The position numbers were made by a program, and so were the translations under genes. 64,000 bases of DNA from Neodothiora populina (Eukaryota), in contig NW_027191411.1 in assembly GCF_041146345.1 (NCBI RefSeq), forward strand, positions 1,860,001-1,924,000. The letters are read 5' to 3'. The notes beneath the pieces are model-generated. The model was not told where the DNA came from and made no database searches. It was given only the letters and a program-made list of their open reading frames with translations. The stretch's first letter is position 1, and the number at the start of each line of letters is the position of its first letter. Shown here piece by piece: positions 52,802 to 64,000 of this stretch.

Positions 52802-54610
52802 TCAAGTAAAACTACTGACAACAGTGACGCCGGTAGTGTAGACCATGGCGACAACCCCCAACCCAACAAACACCAAGTCTCCCCACTTGGCCTTGTTCGT
52901 CTCCGCCACGCCCCAGTAATGCAGCAGAGGAGGATAGATATACACGAGCGGCACGCATGCAAACGACCCGATCAGCGCCACAAACTTGTCCAGATTCGAC
53001 GCGCCAGCGATGGAAATACCGCCGCAGAGCACGACGAGCAAAGCGCGGAAGGCGTTCTTCTTCCATTTCGTCAACGGCGACTTCTTGCCCGATGTGTGAT
53101 GGCCGAAGATCTTGCCCTCGAGGATACGAATGGCCGGGAACAGCTGGACCGGATTTCCGAAGAGCACAGCCAAAGAGTAAAGAAATTGCACCGCGTTGAC
53201 GAGTTTGTTGTCTTGCGGGTAGTTGCTTATGATCTCTATCGCCGTGTTCTCACCGAATGTCGCGTAGCACAGTGCGCCGACCGAGGTGAAAATCACGGTG
53301 ATCAGCAGCATGACGACACCTAGTAGGTACTCGAAGTTTTGGGGAGCTTTCATCGATGATTGGATGGGTAGGATGAGTCCTATTCCTTCGAAAGTGAAGA
53401 TTGCGGAGCCGATTGTCAGCGTGAAGTGCTTGGGGTTGAAGAGCTGCACCGATGGGTCGATTCCGCCGCGTGTGACTATCGTTGCAATGTCAAAATAGTA
53501 GATGTAGGTTAGTCCGATCATGATGAAGACATCGGCGAGAAGAGCCGCGGGGCCTAGCTTTGAAATGTCTCTGATGAAAGATAATGGAATCAAAACTACC
53601 AATTGGATTGCGATGAGTGCTTGGATGGGCAGAGGCACAGTCGGTCCTTTCGACACGGCTTCGGAAAATGCGTACAGATTCTCTGCCACGAAGACCATTC
53701 CTGCGCAGACGAATCCGAGTTGAGACAACGTGATGGATCCGAGGATCAAGGCACGCAATTTGGGTCCTCCGATCGACTTTCCCAAGTCTCCGTATCCGCC
53801 GCCGTACGCGCTACGGCATTGGAGAAGCAGATGGAATGCCAGCATGGATACCGCCGAGACAGCCAACATGGTCAGAGAAGAAAACAAGATACCGCCGTTG
53901 TTGAAGGCTTTGGGCAAGAACATGATTCCGGTGCCGATGAATGCCTTGAGAAGAGTGAAGAACGACTTGACCATTCCCGCGTCGCCCTTTTTCGCTTGTC
54001 GTTTGGTGGACTTGCGACGGCCGAGAAGAGGTCGCTCTTCGCCAGGCCTATGTCTCTCTTCTTCCGCCGCACGTTCTGTCTCGTCTTCGGAGTCGTCCGC
54101 AATGGCTTCGTCATCGGATTCATGGAGATCTTCGCCGGCAAAACTTCCATAGAGGTCCAAGAATTCAACAAAGTTTCTCGTCACGGGCAAATTCGCAGTG
54201 TCGAATCTACTGCGCATTTTCTGTTGCACAAATTGCCGGCGAAAGCCACCGGGCACGCGCTGCTGAGAAGGCGCCAGAGCATCGTCCTCCTCATCGTCGT
54301 CCCAGTGATTTCTCGTGGGCGCCGAGAAGGTCGCTGACCTCTGTAATGATTGATTGGCGGGATTGTTCAACCGGAACAAATCACGATGTATGTCGCCACC
54401 TTGTAGCGTCAAAGATGATTCTTGCTCCAACGACGAATTGCCGTTGTCATTGGCAGCGCCATTCGTACCAGACGATGGCTTCTGGCCCTTGGAAGCAGAT
54501 CCATTTCGTGTGTTTGTATGAAACTCTCCGGTGTAGCCTTCTGGTAGATGCTCAGATACCACTTCAGCTTGGCGCTGTTGGTCTGATAGTGACGCCGGCC
54601 TGTCCGCCAT
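52802..54610 (-). CDS. Vacuolar amino-acid exporter, Avt3/Avt4-like (AAAP family)
   Basis: LQGGDIHRDLF, PGGFRRQF, FVEFLDLYGSFAGEDL, LLKAFIGTGIMFLPKAF, AIFTFEGIGLILPI and LDKFVALIGSFACVPL. Confidence 0.92.
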   Translation of the reverse strand: MADRPASLSDQQRQAEVVSEHLPEGYTGEFHTNTRNGSASKGQKPSSGTNGAANDNGNSSLEQESSLTLQGGDIHRDLFRLNNPANQSLQRSATFSAPTRNHWDDDEEDDALAPSQQRVPGGFRRQFVQQKMRSRFDTANLPVTRNFVEFLDLYGSFAGEDLHESDDEAIADDSEDETERAAEEERHRPGEERPLLGRRKSTKRQAKKGDAGMVKSFFTLLKAFIGTGIMFLPKAFNNGGILFSSLTMLAVSAVSMLAFHLLLQCRSAYGGGYGDLGKSIGGPKLRALILGSITLSQLGFVCAGMVFVAENLYAFSEAVSKGPTVPLPIQALIAIQLVVLIPLSFIRDISKLGPAALLADVFIMIGLTYIYYFDIATIVTRGGIDPSVQLFNPKHFTLTIGSAIFTFEGIGLILPIQSSMKAPQNFEYLLGVVMLLITVIFTSVGALCYATFGENTAIEIISNYPQDNKLVNAVQFLYSLAVLFGNPVQLFPAIRILEGKIFGHHTSGKKSPLTKWKKNAFRALLVVLCGGISIAGASNLDKFVALIGSFACVPLVYIYPPLLHYWGVAETNKAKWGDLVFVGLGVVAMVYTTGVTVVSSFT

Positions 54611-55385
54611 TGACGAGAGAAAACGTGGGGCAAGGACGGTAATCCTTTAGTTCCGTTTTATGGTATTATGCAGGTCCTGATCGTAAAGAACGAAGCAGCT
54701 CCTGTCGATCTGATATTTAATCTGCACCGAACAGATCGCACGTTGTGCGTAGCCCAAGAAGAGGGAAAAATATTTCTTCGTAAATAAGGGGCGCCCTGAG
54801 GTCCGGGTTCATTGATGTTTTCCTCTAGAGCGGGAAAGGAAAAGAAGGGGTCTGCTTCGGTGTGAAAAAACATATTATTGACACACAAACTTGTTATGCG
54901 GATGCCGCCGATGTTTGGCAAAACCTTAAAATAAACATGATGTCAGTCATTGTGGGGATGCGGATGCAAAAAGTCGGGGGACGGCCATCGAGGCTTTTTT
55001 TTTTTGGGCTTGTATCTTCGCAACGCAATTGTATTACAACACAGGTTCTCAGCTCGAAACTTGTTTCATTCGGGAACCTGTGCATTGCCGATGTTCGTGT
55101 AGCCTGCCAGCTGCGCTCCTGTGTCGTACTCTGCTCTGCCTGCACTCCCGTGTGACACGGACAATCTTGCGCAGCACCACCAACTTCTCGCATCGTTAAG
55201 GCAATAGATATATCTCAGATTCTTTCCGCACGACAGCAATGTCTTAGACGAGACAGAGAGTTCTGGTGTTGGACATTAATGTGATTGTTCAAGAAAATAA
55301 AGGGTGAATTGGTATACACCTACTCAGAAGATCTGGATCTAATATGGCTGAAAAATAAAATAAAATAAAAAATCATATCTGAGGC

Positions 55386-57420
55386 CTACACTTTCAAGAA
55401 ACCTCCATAGTATTCATCTAGCCACTGTGAAGCAGCCGACGGATCGGTAACAGGCCAGTACGCCGCGGCGCCAACATAGCCATCCGGACGGACACTCAAC
55501 ACACCGACCTGATCCTTTTGTAGTTGAGGAGCCCATTTCTCGAGACATGCTTGACCTCTGGTGTCTTGCTTGGCGACATCATCTAGATAAACCGTCCATT
55601 GGCTGGCCTGGAGAGGACCCGGTAGATCCTTCAACTCGAACTCGGCCTTCGGTGTGGAAGTGATTAGTGCCAGCGTCATCAAGTCACTGGCAGCAGTGTA
55701 TCTTGCTGGTTGCACAAATGAATCGGACTCGGTTGCACTGGGTCCTTTTGTTTTGTATGATGCTGATAGTGCGGCGCTCGCTTTGCCCGTGACAGATGAA
55801 GACGAGACGAGATTAGCGCAAATAGTCTCGAGGAAGGGTCGAGCTGCCTGGATGTCGTGGCAAAGGAAGTACACGCGGAATTGCCCGAGCATGGGAATGT
55901 CCAATTGTGCATCGACAGGGTTGGCGTCGATGTATCTGGTCAATCTTGCCGGTGGAAGTAAACAGCCTGGCATCACATCTCCCTCCACCTTGGACTGTAT
56001 GTTCAGGACGTTCGTGTCGTACTCAGCGCCCACTCCCGAGATGAAGCGAACGTTCTTGAGAAAGTTCTGGGCCAATGCTTTCGAATCGCCATCGTGGAAT
56101 GCGTTTGCGTGCTCGTAGTCAAAGTCGATCAGGTCTTTGCCAATCTTCCGTCGCTCCTGCTGATATGTAGCGAGAAGACTAGGCTTCGATAGTCCTCGGA
56201 CTGCAAGGTTGAGTTTCCAAGCCAGATTGAGCGTGTCGTGCATTGACGTATTCATTCCTTGGGCTGCCTTTGGCGAATGTGTGTGACTGGCCTGCATTGT
56301 TCGTCAGCTTCGCGTGCATTTAGATGGTAGTCTATCGAGACACTTACATCTCCAGCAATGAAAACCCGTTGCTCCTCGTCTGAGAAGCGGTTGGCTACTC
56401 GCTGGCCAATTTTATAGACGCCGAACCACTCTGTCGCTATATCAGTATTGCGACATGAACATTGGTAAGTACTCGACGCTGCTTACCGACACTCTTCCAG
56501 TTCAGGCGGTAAGGCTTCATGATCTGTCTTGCCCGATCCATCACAAATTCTTGTGTAGCTTGAGCCTTAGACATTGGCGCGGTCGCGGATTCGGATCTCA
56601 GCTCGATATACAACCTGGTCATGTTACGCTCCCGAGGAATGCATAACACGTTTCCGGCCTCTTCAGAGTACACCACGACCTTGCTCCAGAGATCGGGGAA
56701 GTCGGTGTCTATCACACCATCCAGCACACCCCAGGTGGCTTCCGAGCTCGAACCCTCGGCGACCACATCAGGTATGCATTTTCGCACTTGCGAATGGGCT
56801 CCGTCGCATCCAACAAGAAATTGAGTCTGGACTCGGTGGCTACCGCCGCTTCGGGGATCTTTGCTGGTGATCTCGAGAGGTAGGTCGGAGTTGCCGGTCT
56901 GAGTATAGTTCACGAAAGCCGAGTTTCTGGTGACTTCCATGCCTCTGGCTGCCATATCGTCCAAGAACAAATCTTCTACCATACCCTGGTGTACCAGCAG
57001 GATATATGGGTCTAGTAGGTCGACTACGGGAGGATAGTGAACTTCTCGCCCTGTACGTTGTAGCGAAGCATCTTGGGTTGAGCTCTGCGGTCATCCATCA
57101 GCCTGTGTCACTTTCCCAGTATCATACATAATGCAGCGTACCCAGAAACAAATATCGTAAATTCGAACACCGCGTTGTAGTAGAGGGTCGGCCAATCGCA
57201 TTTGTTTGAGCGTCTCGATTGATTTCGGTTGCAAGCCATCTGCTCTGCCAGTAGCAGTCTTGTCTGCCCGATCGTCCAGGACCGTAGTCTTTATACCGAA
57301 GCGAACGAGGTTCGCAGCGAGCATGAGACCAGCAGGACCTGCGCCTACCACCACAACATCTTGTGGTGAAGATGACGCACCGTTGACTGTGCTGTCCTCC
57401 ATAACTCGAGCTGGTGACAT
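55386..57420 (-). CDS. Phenol 2-monooxygenase-family FAD hydroxylase (second, divergent member); introns 57141-57085, 56486-56431, 56347-56292
   Basis: [55 protein letters not shown] and VRPDGYVG. Confidence 0.92.
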
Positions 57421-57966
57421 AATGATTTATTCACAGAAGACAAGATAATTGATTCAGGGATGCGAAACTTGGGAGTTTTGAAAAGAGCGATAATTGTAGT
57501 TGGCTATACCGCAAACTTAATACACTACATGGCCTCTCCTACACTATACAATCCATCTGCCTGTGCAAGGAAGAAGCCCCATTATTGAACCTCATGTGAC
57601 AATGTACACAAAAAGTGGATGAATGATATTCTCGAGTCCCCGACTCTTCCTCTCTAACCCCCATGGAGGAGCAATTGTCAGCTCCCCCACTCTTGATAAG
57701 ATAAATGATAAACCCCTCCTTCCTTGGACACTATACCCGAAGCAGGAGTTTGACAACACTTCGCCGAGGCGCCCACCTGCCCTACGCTACCTACTCATGC
57801 TGAAAGTGGAACCACGCTCTACTAGGAGCCTATCGATAAGATACAGCAGTCGTTGGTTGCGTGGGACTTGCAACACATGATAGCGAGAAGCAATCGTAGA
57901 CATGGTTCCAGCATCTCTTCTTGACCTTGACGGATATTCATGTTGGTAGTGTACAGTACATACACC

Positions 57967-59802
57967 ATGACCATTCACAAGCCCCAGCCGCAATGGCTCG
58001 AAATAGTATCTAAGAAGAAGCAGGCGCAGGCTGATGCTATCGCGCATTTTCTCGATGTCAACGACAATGGCCCTGAAGGTGCTGAGGAAATCACCGGAGT
58101 GACTAGCATAGAGGAATTGGCTAAACGTATCGCGGATGGCTCGTGGACTGCTACCGATGTCACCAAGGCATACTGCTTCAAGTGAGTCGGCAAACTTTGT
58201 TCATACTAGTGGTATGCGAGCTGAACTCTCAGGGCTGGAGAAGCTCACCAGATGGTAAGAAGTCGCAAGATTCGTCACGAAGATAGTATCATGCTGATCA
58301 TAGTTTAGACCAACTGCTTGACTGGTAAGTCATGGGAACCGATCTCAGCCTTGTAGCACCCATCTGATTATTATTGTCGTAGAGGTGTTCTTCGACCAAG
58401 CGATTGCTCGTGCAGGCGAACTCGATGAATACTACGAAACCCACGGCAAGACAGTTGGCCCACTCCACGGTGTGGTTATGACCGTCAAGGACCAATTCAA
58501 CATCGCTGGATTCGACACTACTCTAGGATATGTCGGCCGAGCCAACAAGCCAGCGCAAGATGATGCTCTTGTCGTCTCTATCCTCCAGGACCTGGGTGCC
58601 ATCTTTATTGCGAAAACTAATTTGCCACAGTCTATCATGTGGTGTGAGACCGAAAACCCCCTGTGGGGTTTGACGAGCAATCCTATGAGAGAAGGGTTCA
58701 CGCCAGGAGGATCGACTGGCGGAGAAGGAGCTCTGCTATCTCTAGGAGGTTCCGCGCTTGGCTGGGGCACTGACATCGGAGGCAGCATACGTATTCCGTC
58801 TCACATGATGGGTCTGTATGGTCTCAAGCCAAGTAGTGGCCGCCTTCCGTATGACGGCGTCCCAGTTTCTACCGAGGGTCAGGAACATGTTCATTCTGTG
58901 ATTGGGCCCTTGGCACGTAGTCTGGAATCTCTCCATGTAGTGACCAAAGCTGTGATTGACACTGAGCCGTGGCTATTGGATGCAAGGGTACACCCGCTTC
59001 CATGGCGGGAGAGTATGTACGAAAGTACCTTAAACAAGCCTTTGGTCATTGGGCTGCTCGTTGACGATGGGGTCGTAAAAGTGCATCCTCCTGTAGCGAG
59101 AGTGCTGTCAGAGCTAGTGTCCAAATTACAGGCTGCTGGTCATGAGATTGTGCAATGGAATGCGGACGGCCACAAGGAGTGCGTCGACATCATGGTAAGT
59201 GGCAAAGCGTTCTCTGCATCGATACCATACTAACATAATCTCAATAGGACCAGTACTACACAGCCGATGGCGGCGAAGACATCAAGAGAGACGTCGAAGC
59301 CGGCGGCGAGCCCTACATACCGCACGTCCAGAACCTCGTCTCTCGAGCGCCTGCGATCAGCGTCTACGAATACTGGCAGCTGAACAAGCGGAAGATCGCC
59401 GCCCACAAAGTCTGCCTCAACAAATGGAAGACCATCACTTCGCCGGCGGCAGGTAGACAGGTCGATGTCCTCCTCACGCCCACCATGCCTCACTCGGCTG
59501 TCCCACATGGATCGTGCAAGTGGGTCGGGTACACAAAGGTCTGGAACTTCCTCGACTACTCTGCTCTCGTACTGCCGGCGGGCAAGGTGGATCGGCAGGT
59601 GGACAAAGCCAAGACAGACCCCGAGGTGCAAGGATACGTTCCACGTAACGAGATGGATATGTGGAATTGGGCACTTTATGACCCGGAGACGATGGATGGA
59701 CTCCCACTCAGTGTACAGATTGTTGGCAAACGTCTCGAAGAAGAGAAAGTGCTGGCGGCCGCGCAAGTCATAGAGCAGATATTGCGGCCAGTAGAAAAGT
59801 GA
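57967..59802 (+). CDS. Amidase-signature family amidase; exons 57967-58181, 58233-58254, 58309-58324, 58383-59194, 59248-59802
   Basis: Spliced AHQMTNCLTEVFFD, GPLHGVVMTVKD (catalytic Lys), GGSTGGEG and GTDIGGSIRIP (Ser-cisSer-Lys triad), GLPLSVQIVG. Confidence 0.92.
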
Positions 59803-59832
59803 GTAAGATAGATGTATATAGCCTCCGAGCAT

Positions 59833-61238
59833 CTAGAGTTTAGACTTCTGCAACGCCTCTGCCTCGCTATAGACTGCCTTCTCAAAGTGCGTGATCACCT
59901 TCATGCATTGCTTGTCGCCTGGTGGCAACAACTGAGTCCCGAACACGCCACAGATACCAGCTTCACGATCGATGAACTAGCCCAATTGTCAGCTACAACA
60001 TTCACTCGTTTGGAAGAGAGCATGGACTCACCCAGAAGACGTTGGGCAATCCACTCCAGATCATCCGCCCCTTTCTCCTCCAGCCAGGCAAGTCCTGACC
60101 GATGAGTAGGCCACCAAGCCCCCAATCATAATCGCCGGTATCTAGAAACTCGCCAATAAACAAACTATCCTTCTTGCCGGTCTCATGGCTCAATGTTCGC
60201 TTGCTCTCCTCCGCAGAGAGCTGCGGGCTGAACAGCTGCGCCGTGGTCGACTTTTTCAACAACTTCTCATCGTCGACAAGCAACGAATACAGAATCTCGA
60301 TATACTGACTCAGATCCCCGAAGCCTCCATGACCGCCGAAGCAGTCCTTCAGACCGTCAGTTATCAGCGGTCCGTTGTAGTCCGCAGCTGGACCAGTGGG
60401 CTTCGGATATCCAGACCGTATCGTCATCTTGGCCAGCCGAGACTTCATGTCTGGGTGCTTGTCGATCCAGAAAGTGAAGTCTTTGATGCCCAAAGGAGCG
60501 AGGATGTTGACTTTCGCGTACTCGTCTAGCGACTGACCGCTGAGATTCTCGACAATCCTACCAACCCAGTCGATACCAGTTCCATACTCCCAAGACGTGC
60601 CCGGCTGGAAAGCAAGAGGCTGCACAATGCGTTCTTCGAATGTGCCTCCTGAACCGACCGCTAGGCCATTTGCCGCACGCCAGGTGTCGATCCTGGGGTT
60701 CATTACTGAATACGCGCAGCCCGCGCTATGTGTCAGGAGCTGGCTGAGTGTCGTCGATGATCAGTCATGTCCGTAAAAATCATATAGCTCGTCGCAACAT
60801 AACTAACCGAAGTGTTATTGGGGTCTTCCTCTTCTCTGTAGTAGTGTCTTTGTTATCATCAGCAGCAACGAAGACCTCCTGTTGAGCCAGCAAAGGTACG
60901 ATATCCAACACATCATCGTCTAATTTAATGAGACCACGCTCTACAAGCTGTAGTGCTGAGATCGAAGTGATCAGTTTGGTAGCCGACGCGATCGCCAACA
61001 CCGTATTCTCCTGCATCGGTTCGTTTGACCCTTCAGCCAACGACCTTCTACCGACCGCATTGGAGTAGCGAAGTGTGCCTTGATGTATCCTGTGAGCTCA
61101 AGGCTGCAATCATGCAATCCATTACTTGACGAAGACATTCTTACCACTTTTGTTACGGGCGAAGAGGTTCGCTCCAGCAAACACACCGTCGTCGACAGCT
61201 TGCTTTAACGCTTGATTGAGACTCTCAAAGGTCGCCAT
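59833..61238 (-). CDS. Serine beta-lactamase/esterase family hydrolase (LovD-like fold) with C-terminal SKL; three introns
   Basis: SATK (SxxK), LLTHSAG, PLAFQPGTSWEYG and WSGLPNVFW. The last exon reads FIDREAGICG...QKSKL*. Confidence 0.88.
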
Positions 61239-61691
61239 GTTCATTAAGTATGGTAGGGCAGGAGGTAGATAAAGCTAGCTAGAAGGCTACGGCGCTAAAT
61301 AAATATATATCGTTCTTACGATGAATACGAATGAAAATCAATTGTGAATAAAATTCAGAATACAACCATACAGCGTCGTAACATCAACATAGGAATTCTA
61401 ATGTTGCTGATTAATAGGGACCGAATATACGTGGACTCTTCAGGCACCAGCAATTGAGTGTTAAGGCCGAGGGTTTGAAGGAGGCAAGGGGGCCAATGGT
61501 AAGGTCCGGTGTTGGATTGACCGAGGCGAAGGATGCGGGGAGCGGGCCGCGATGACATGACACTGTACAGTACAAGCAAGGTAGCCAAACCATACCTTAA
61601 ATACGCTTTTTTATCTCCGTGTTTTGAGATTGAGGATCAAATATGCATCGTTGGAAGTGAAATGGATTGGTAATGTAATAAATCTATTGAA

Positions 61692-63160
61692 TCAAAGGTG
61701 AGCTCTCACTTGGTCCTGCTCAGCAGAACTCTCGTCTGCAGGCCACCTTCGCTCGACGTCGGCCAGACAGTCGAATCGCATCAACCATCTGCCTACTCCG
61801 TTCCTTCGCCAAGCCAATGGATCATCCCCCTCTAACATTCCTTCAGGCAAGGCTGTATCCTCGACCTCGCCTTTGATGACCTTCTGCTCCCATTCACCGA
61901 ATAGGCGGTATCGCGCATCTCTTGCGTTGCGCTCCTCACCATCATCAAGATGGTAAAGTACCTGCTGGACGTTTCCTCTCTCCACGATACTTTCCGTGCG
62001 TTGTCTTCGAGAGTCTTCGAACACACGTAGCGCGAGACTCTTCTCCTCCTTTGAGCACGACTTGATCTTACTCAAGCAGAATCCGAGCGTAGCCCCGTCC
62101 TCAAGACTCATTCCTGCTCCTGAGGCCAGATAGGGTAGAGTTGCGTGTACAGCATCGCCAAGCAAGGTAAACGTTGCTGACTCGTGCGACCAAGAGGTAT
62201 CCAGTCCAGCACGGTAGCAAAGCTTCCACTTCTGCACAGATTGACAAAGGGCTAGCAGCTTGGGTATCCGGGGATCCCAATCCTTGTATAGTAGTCGCAT
62301 CTCCTCCACGTTACCATCTAATGTCGTTGCATCGGCGGGCATGTCATCTGGTACCAAGAGGACCATGTTGAATAGGTCGCCGTCACGTAAGACGTAGTTG
62401 ACGGCATGAGCGCCAGGACCCATCCAGTATCTGACCTTGTGTGGGTGCTCTAGCAGGGGAGCAAGATCTGGATCTTTGGCCATTTCCTTTGTGTTCAAGA
62501 GCATACGATAAGCAAGATCGCCAGTCGGGGTAGGCGGGCTCGGCTTGCCTAGAAGAATCTCTCGGCAGGTTGAAAATATACCATCCGCGCCAACGACCAG
62601 ATCCGCAGTCAGACATTCGCCGTTTTGCAAGAAGATAGTGGCAGTATCTTTGCCGTCTTCTTCGCATTTGATGTCAACGACTCGTGAGTTGATTTTGAAT
62701 GTTGCGCCCAGTTCTTGCGCCCTGTCTAGCAGTGCGCGGTGTAGATCGGCTCTGTGGAAGTCCCAGAAAGGAGATTGATACTCGGCAATGGCGTCTGGGA
62801 AAGACATGGATGAAAGCACCTTGCCTTTCCAATCAAGCATCATACAGTCAGTGGGGAATGTTGCATGTTTCAGCAAGGTCTCCTCCAGACCCCATTGTAT
62901 CAATACTCTCGAACTATTGGGAAGGACTTGGATGCCGGCCCCAACTTCGGCAATCTTGGATGCACTCTCGAGGACATGGACTCGGTGGCCAGCGAGTAAT
63001 ATTGAGATGGCGGCTCCAAGACCTCCAAGACCAGCACCAATGACTATGACCTAATATATGTTCAGAACTCATCTTCAAATCAGCGAGCAATAAGACTCAC
63101 GTTCAATTGGTCTGCCTCAGCTCTCTCTTGCTTTACCAAGATTGGGATATGTGAAACCAT
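61692..63160 (-). CDS. Salicylate-hydroxylase-like FAD monooxygenase; intron 63100-63051
   Basis: VIVIGAGLGG, EVGAGIQVLPNS, FHRADLH, DLVVGADGIFS and LLGDAVHATLPYLASGAGMSLEDG. Ends in AHL. Confidence 0.92.
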
Positions 63161-64000
63161 GGCTTGTGTAAGATAATGATGCTATGAATCGTTGTTCGAA
63201 TTATCGAGGTCTCAAGCCTTGATGATATTTGTGCTCTCCTACACTGAACAAAGTTCTTGTTGAGAGTCTGATACCTGCATAATCAGACATCGTTCGGTCC
63301 TCGACTTATCAGTATATAAACAGATTACACGTCATGTAGCTACTACTGTATCGATGACCCTGCAGGCAAGGAGAGCAATGGTGGGCGTGTAAGGCCAGAT
63401 CGAGCCTACGCCAAGGATGGGGGTGGTTCCCCATTCCCCTCATGTCCATCCAACCCGATATCCCGGGAATTCAATATCGATCATAGGCAGATAAATGAGC
63501 CATGAGCAGCACTATCATTGATTTTTGTAGAGGTCGCATACTTCTCATGAGACAGGTTCGTACGTATTCGATCGTGAAGGGACAGATATGCCCAACCCTT
63601 GAATGATTGATTATTGTCAAGGGTCTACTGTGGCATACCTTCGAAGGGTCCTGTCAGTGCGCCGTTGCCTGCCGATCAACTCCCCCCTCAGCCCTGTCTC
63701 TACGCTGACTTCATGTGCTGCTACGTACAAAGTTCAATAATGTACTACCTGCCTAATCCTACCTCGGGTGAATCGAAATAGTAAGGTAAGTTAGTTTTCT
63801 GACCGTCGTTGGTTTCACGGTAGATCCGCCTCGTGTACTGGCTGAATATCGAGGAGTGGGGTACCTTAGCTCCTATCATGCACCATACACCGTAACTATG
63901 CACGCTTTCATGCAATTGGTTCGCCTGTATATGCATATCTGACCTATCAGATACGCGGCATCTATTGCTTACATACCGGTTTTCAATCATAAAGCTGATA

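Overview
This is eukaryotic DNA from a filamentous ascomycete (Pezizomycotina), inferred from short spliceosomal introns, an intron-containing tRNA-Glu(CTC) and fungal gene families. About 20 protein genes can be reconstructed. Housekeeping or regulatory genes are a Zn2Cys6 transcription factor, DBP10, RPA2/RFA2, PKC1, an RBR E3 ligase and a LYC1-like acetyltransferase. The window also has three amino-acid transporters, a CBM20 alpha-amylase, a SAM methyltransferase and a 2OG-Fe(II) oxygenase. Two aromatic-catabolism neighbourhoods occur: phenol monooxygenase + hydroxyquinol dioxygenase + maleylacetate reductase at 11-17.7 kb, and phenol-type monooxygenase + amidase + serine beta-lactamase-family hydrolase + salicylate-hydroxylase-like enzyme at 55-63 kb. 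The most striking unexplained feature is at 47267-47727, just downstream of a Can1/Lyp1-like basic amino-acid permease. It consists of three tandem copies of a structured RNA motif: near-invariant blocks flank two stems whose sequence and length vary but whose pairing is kept, and G.U pairs point to the sense strand. A complementary 'anti-motif' strand follows at 47890-47906. This is a candidate eukaryotic amino-acid-sensing riboswitch or other new 3'-UTR RNA device. All family assignments come from motif recognition by eye; no searches were run.
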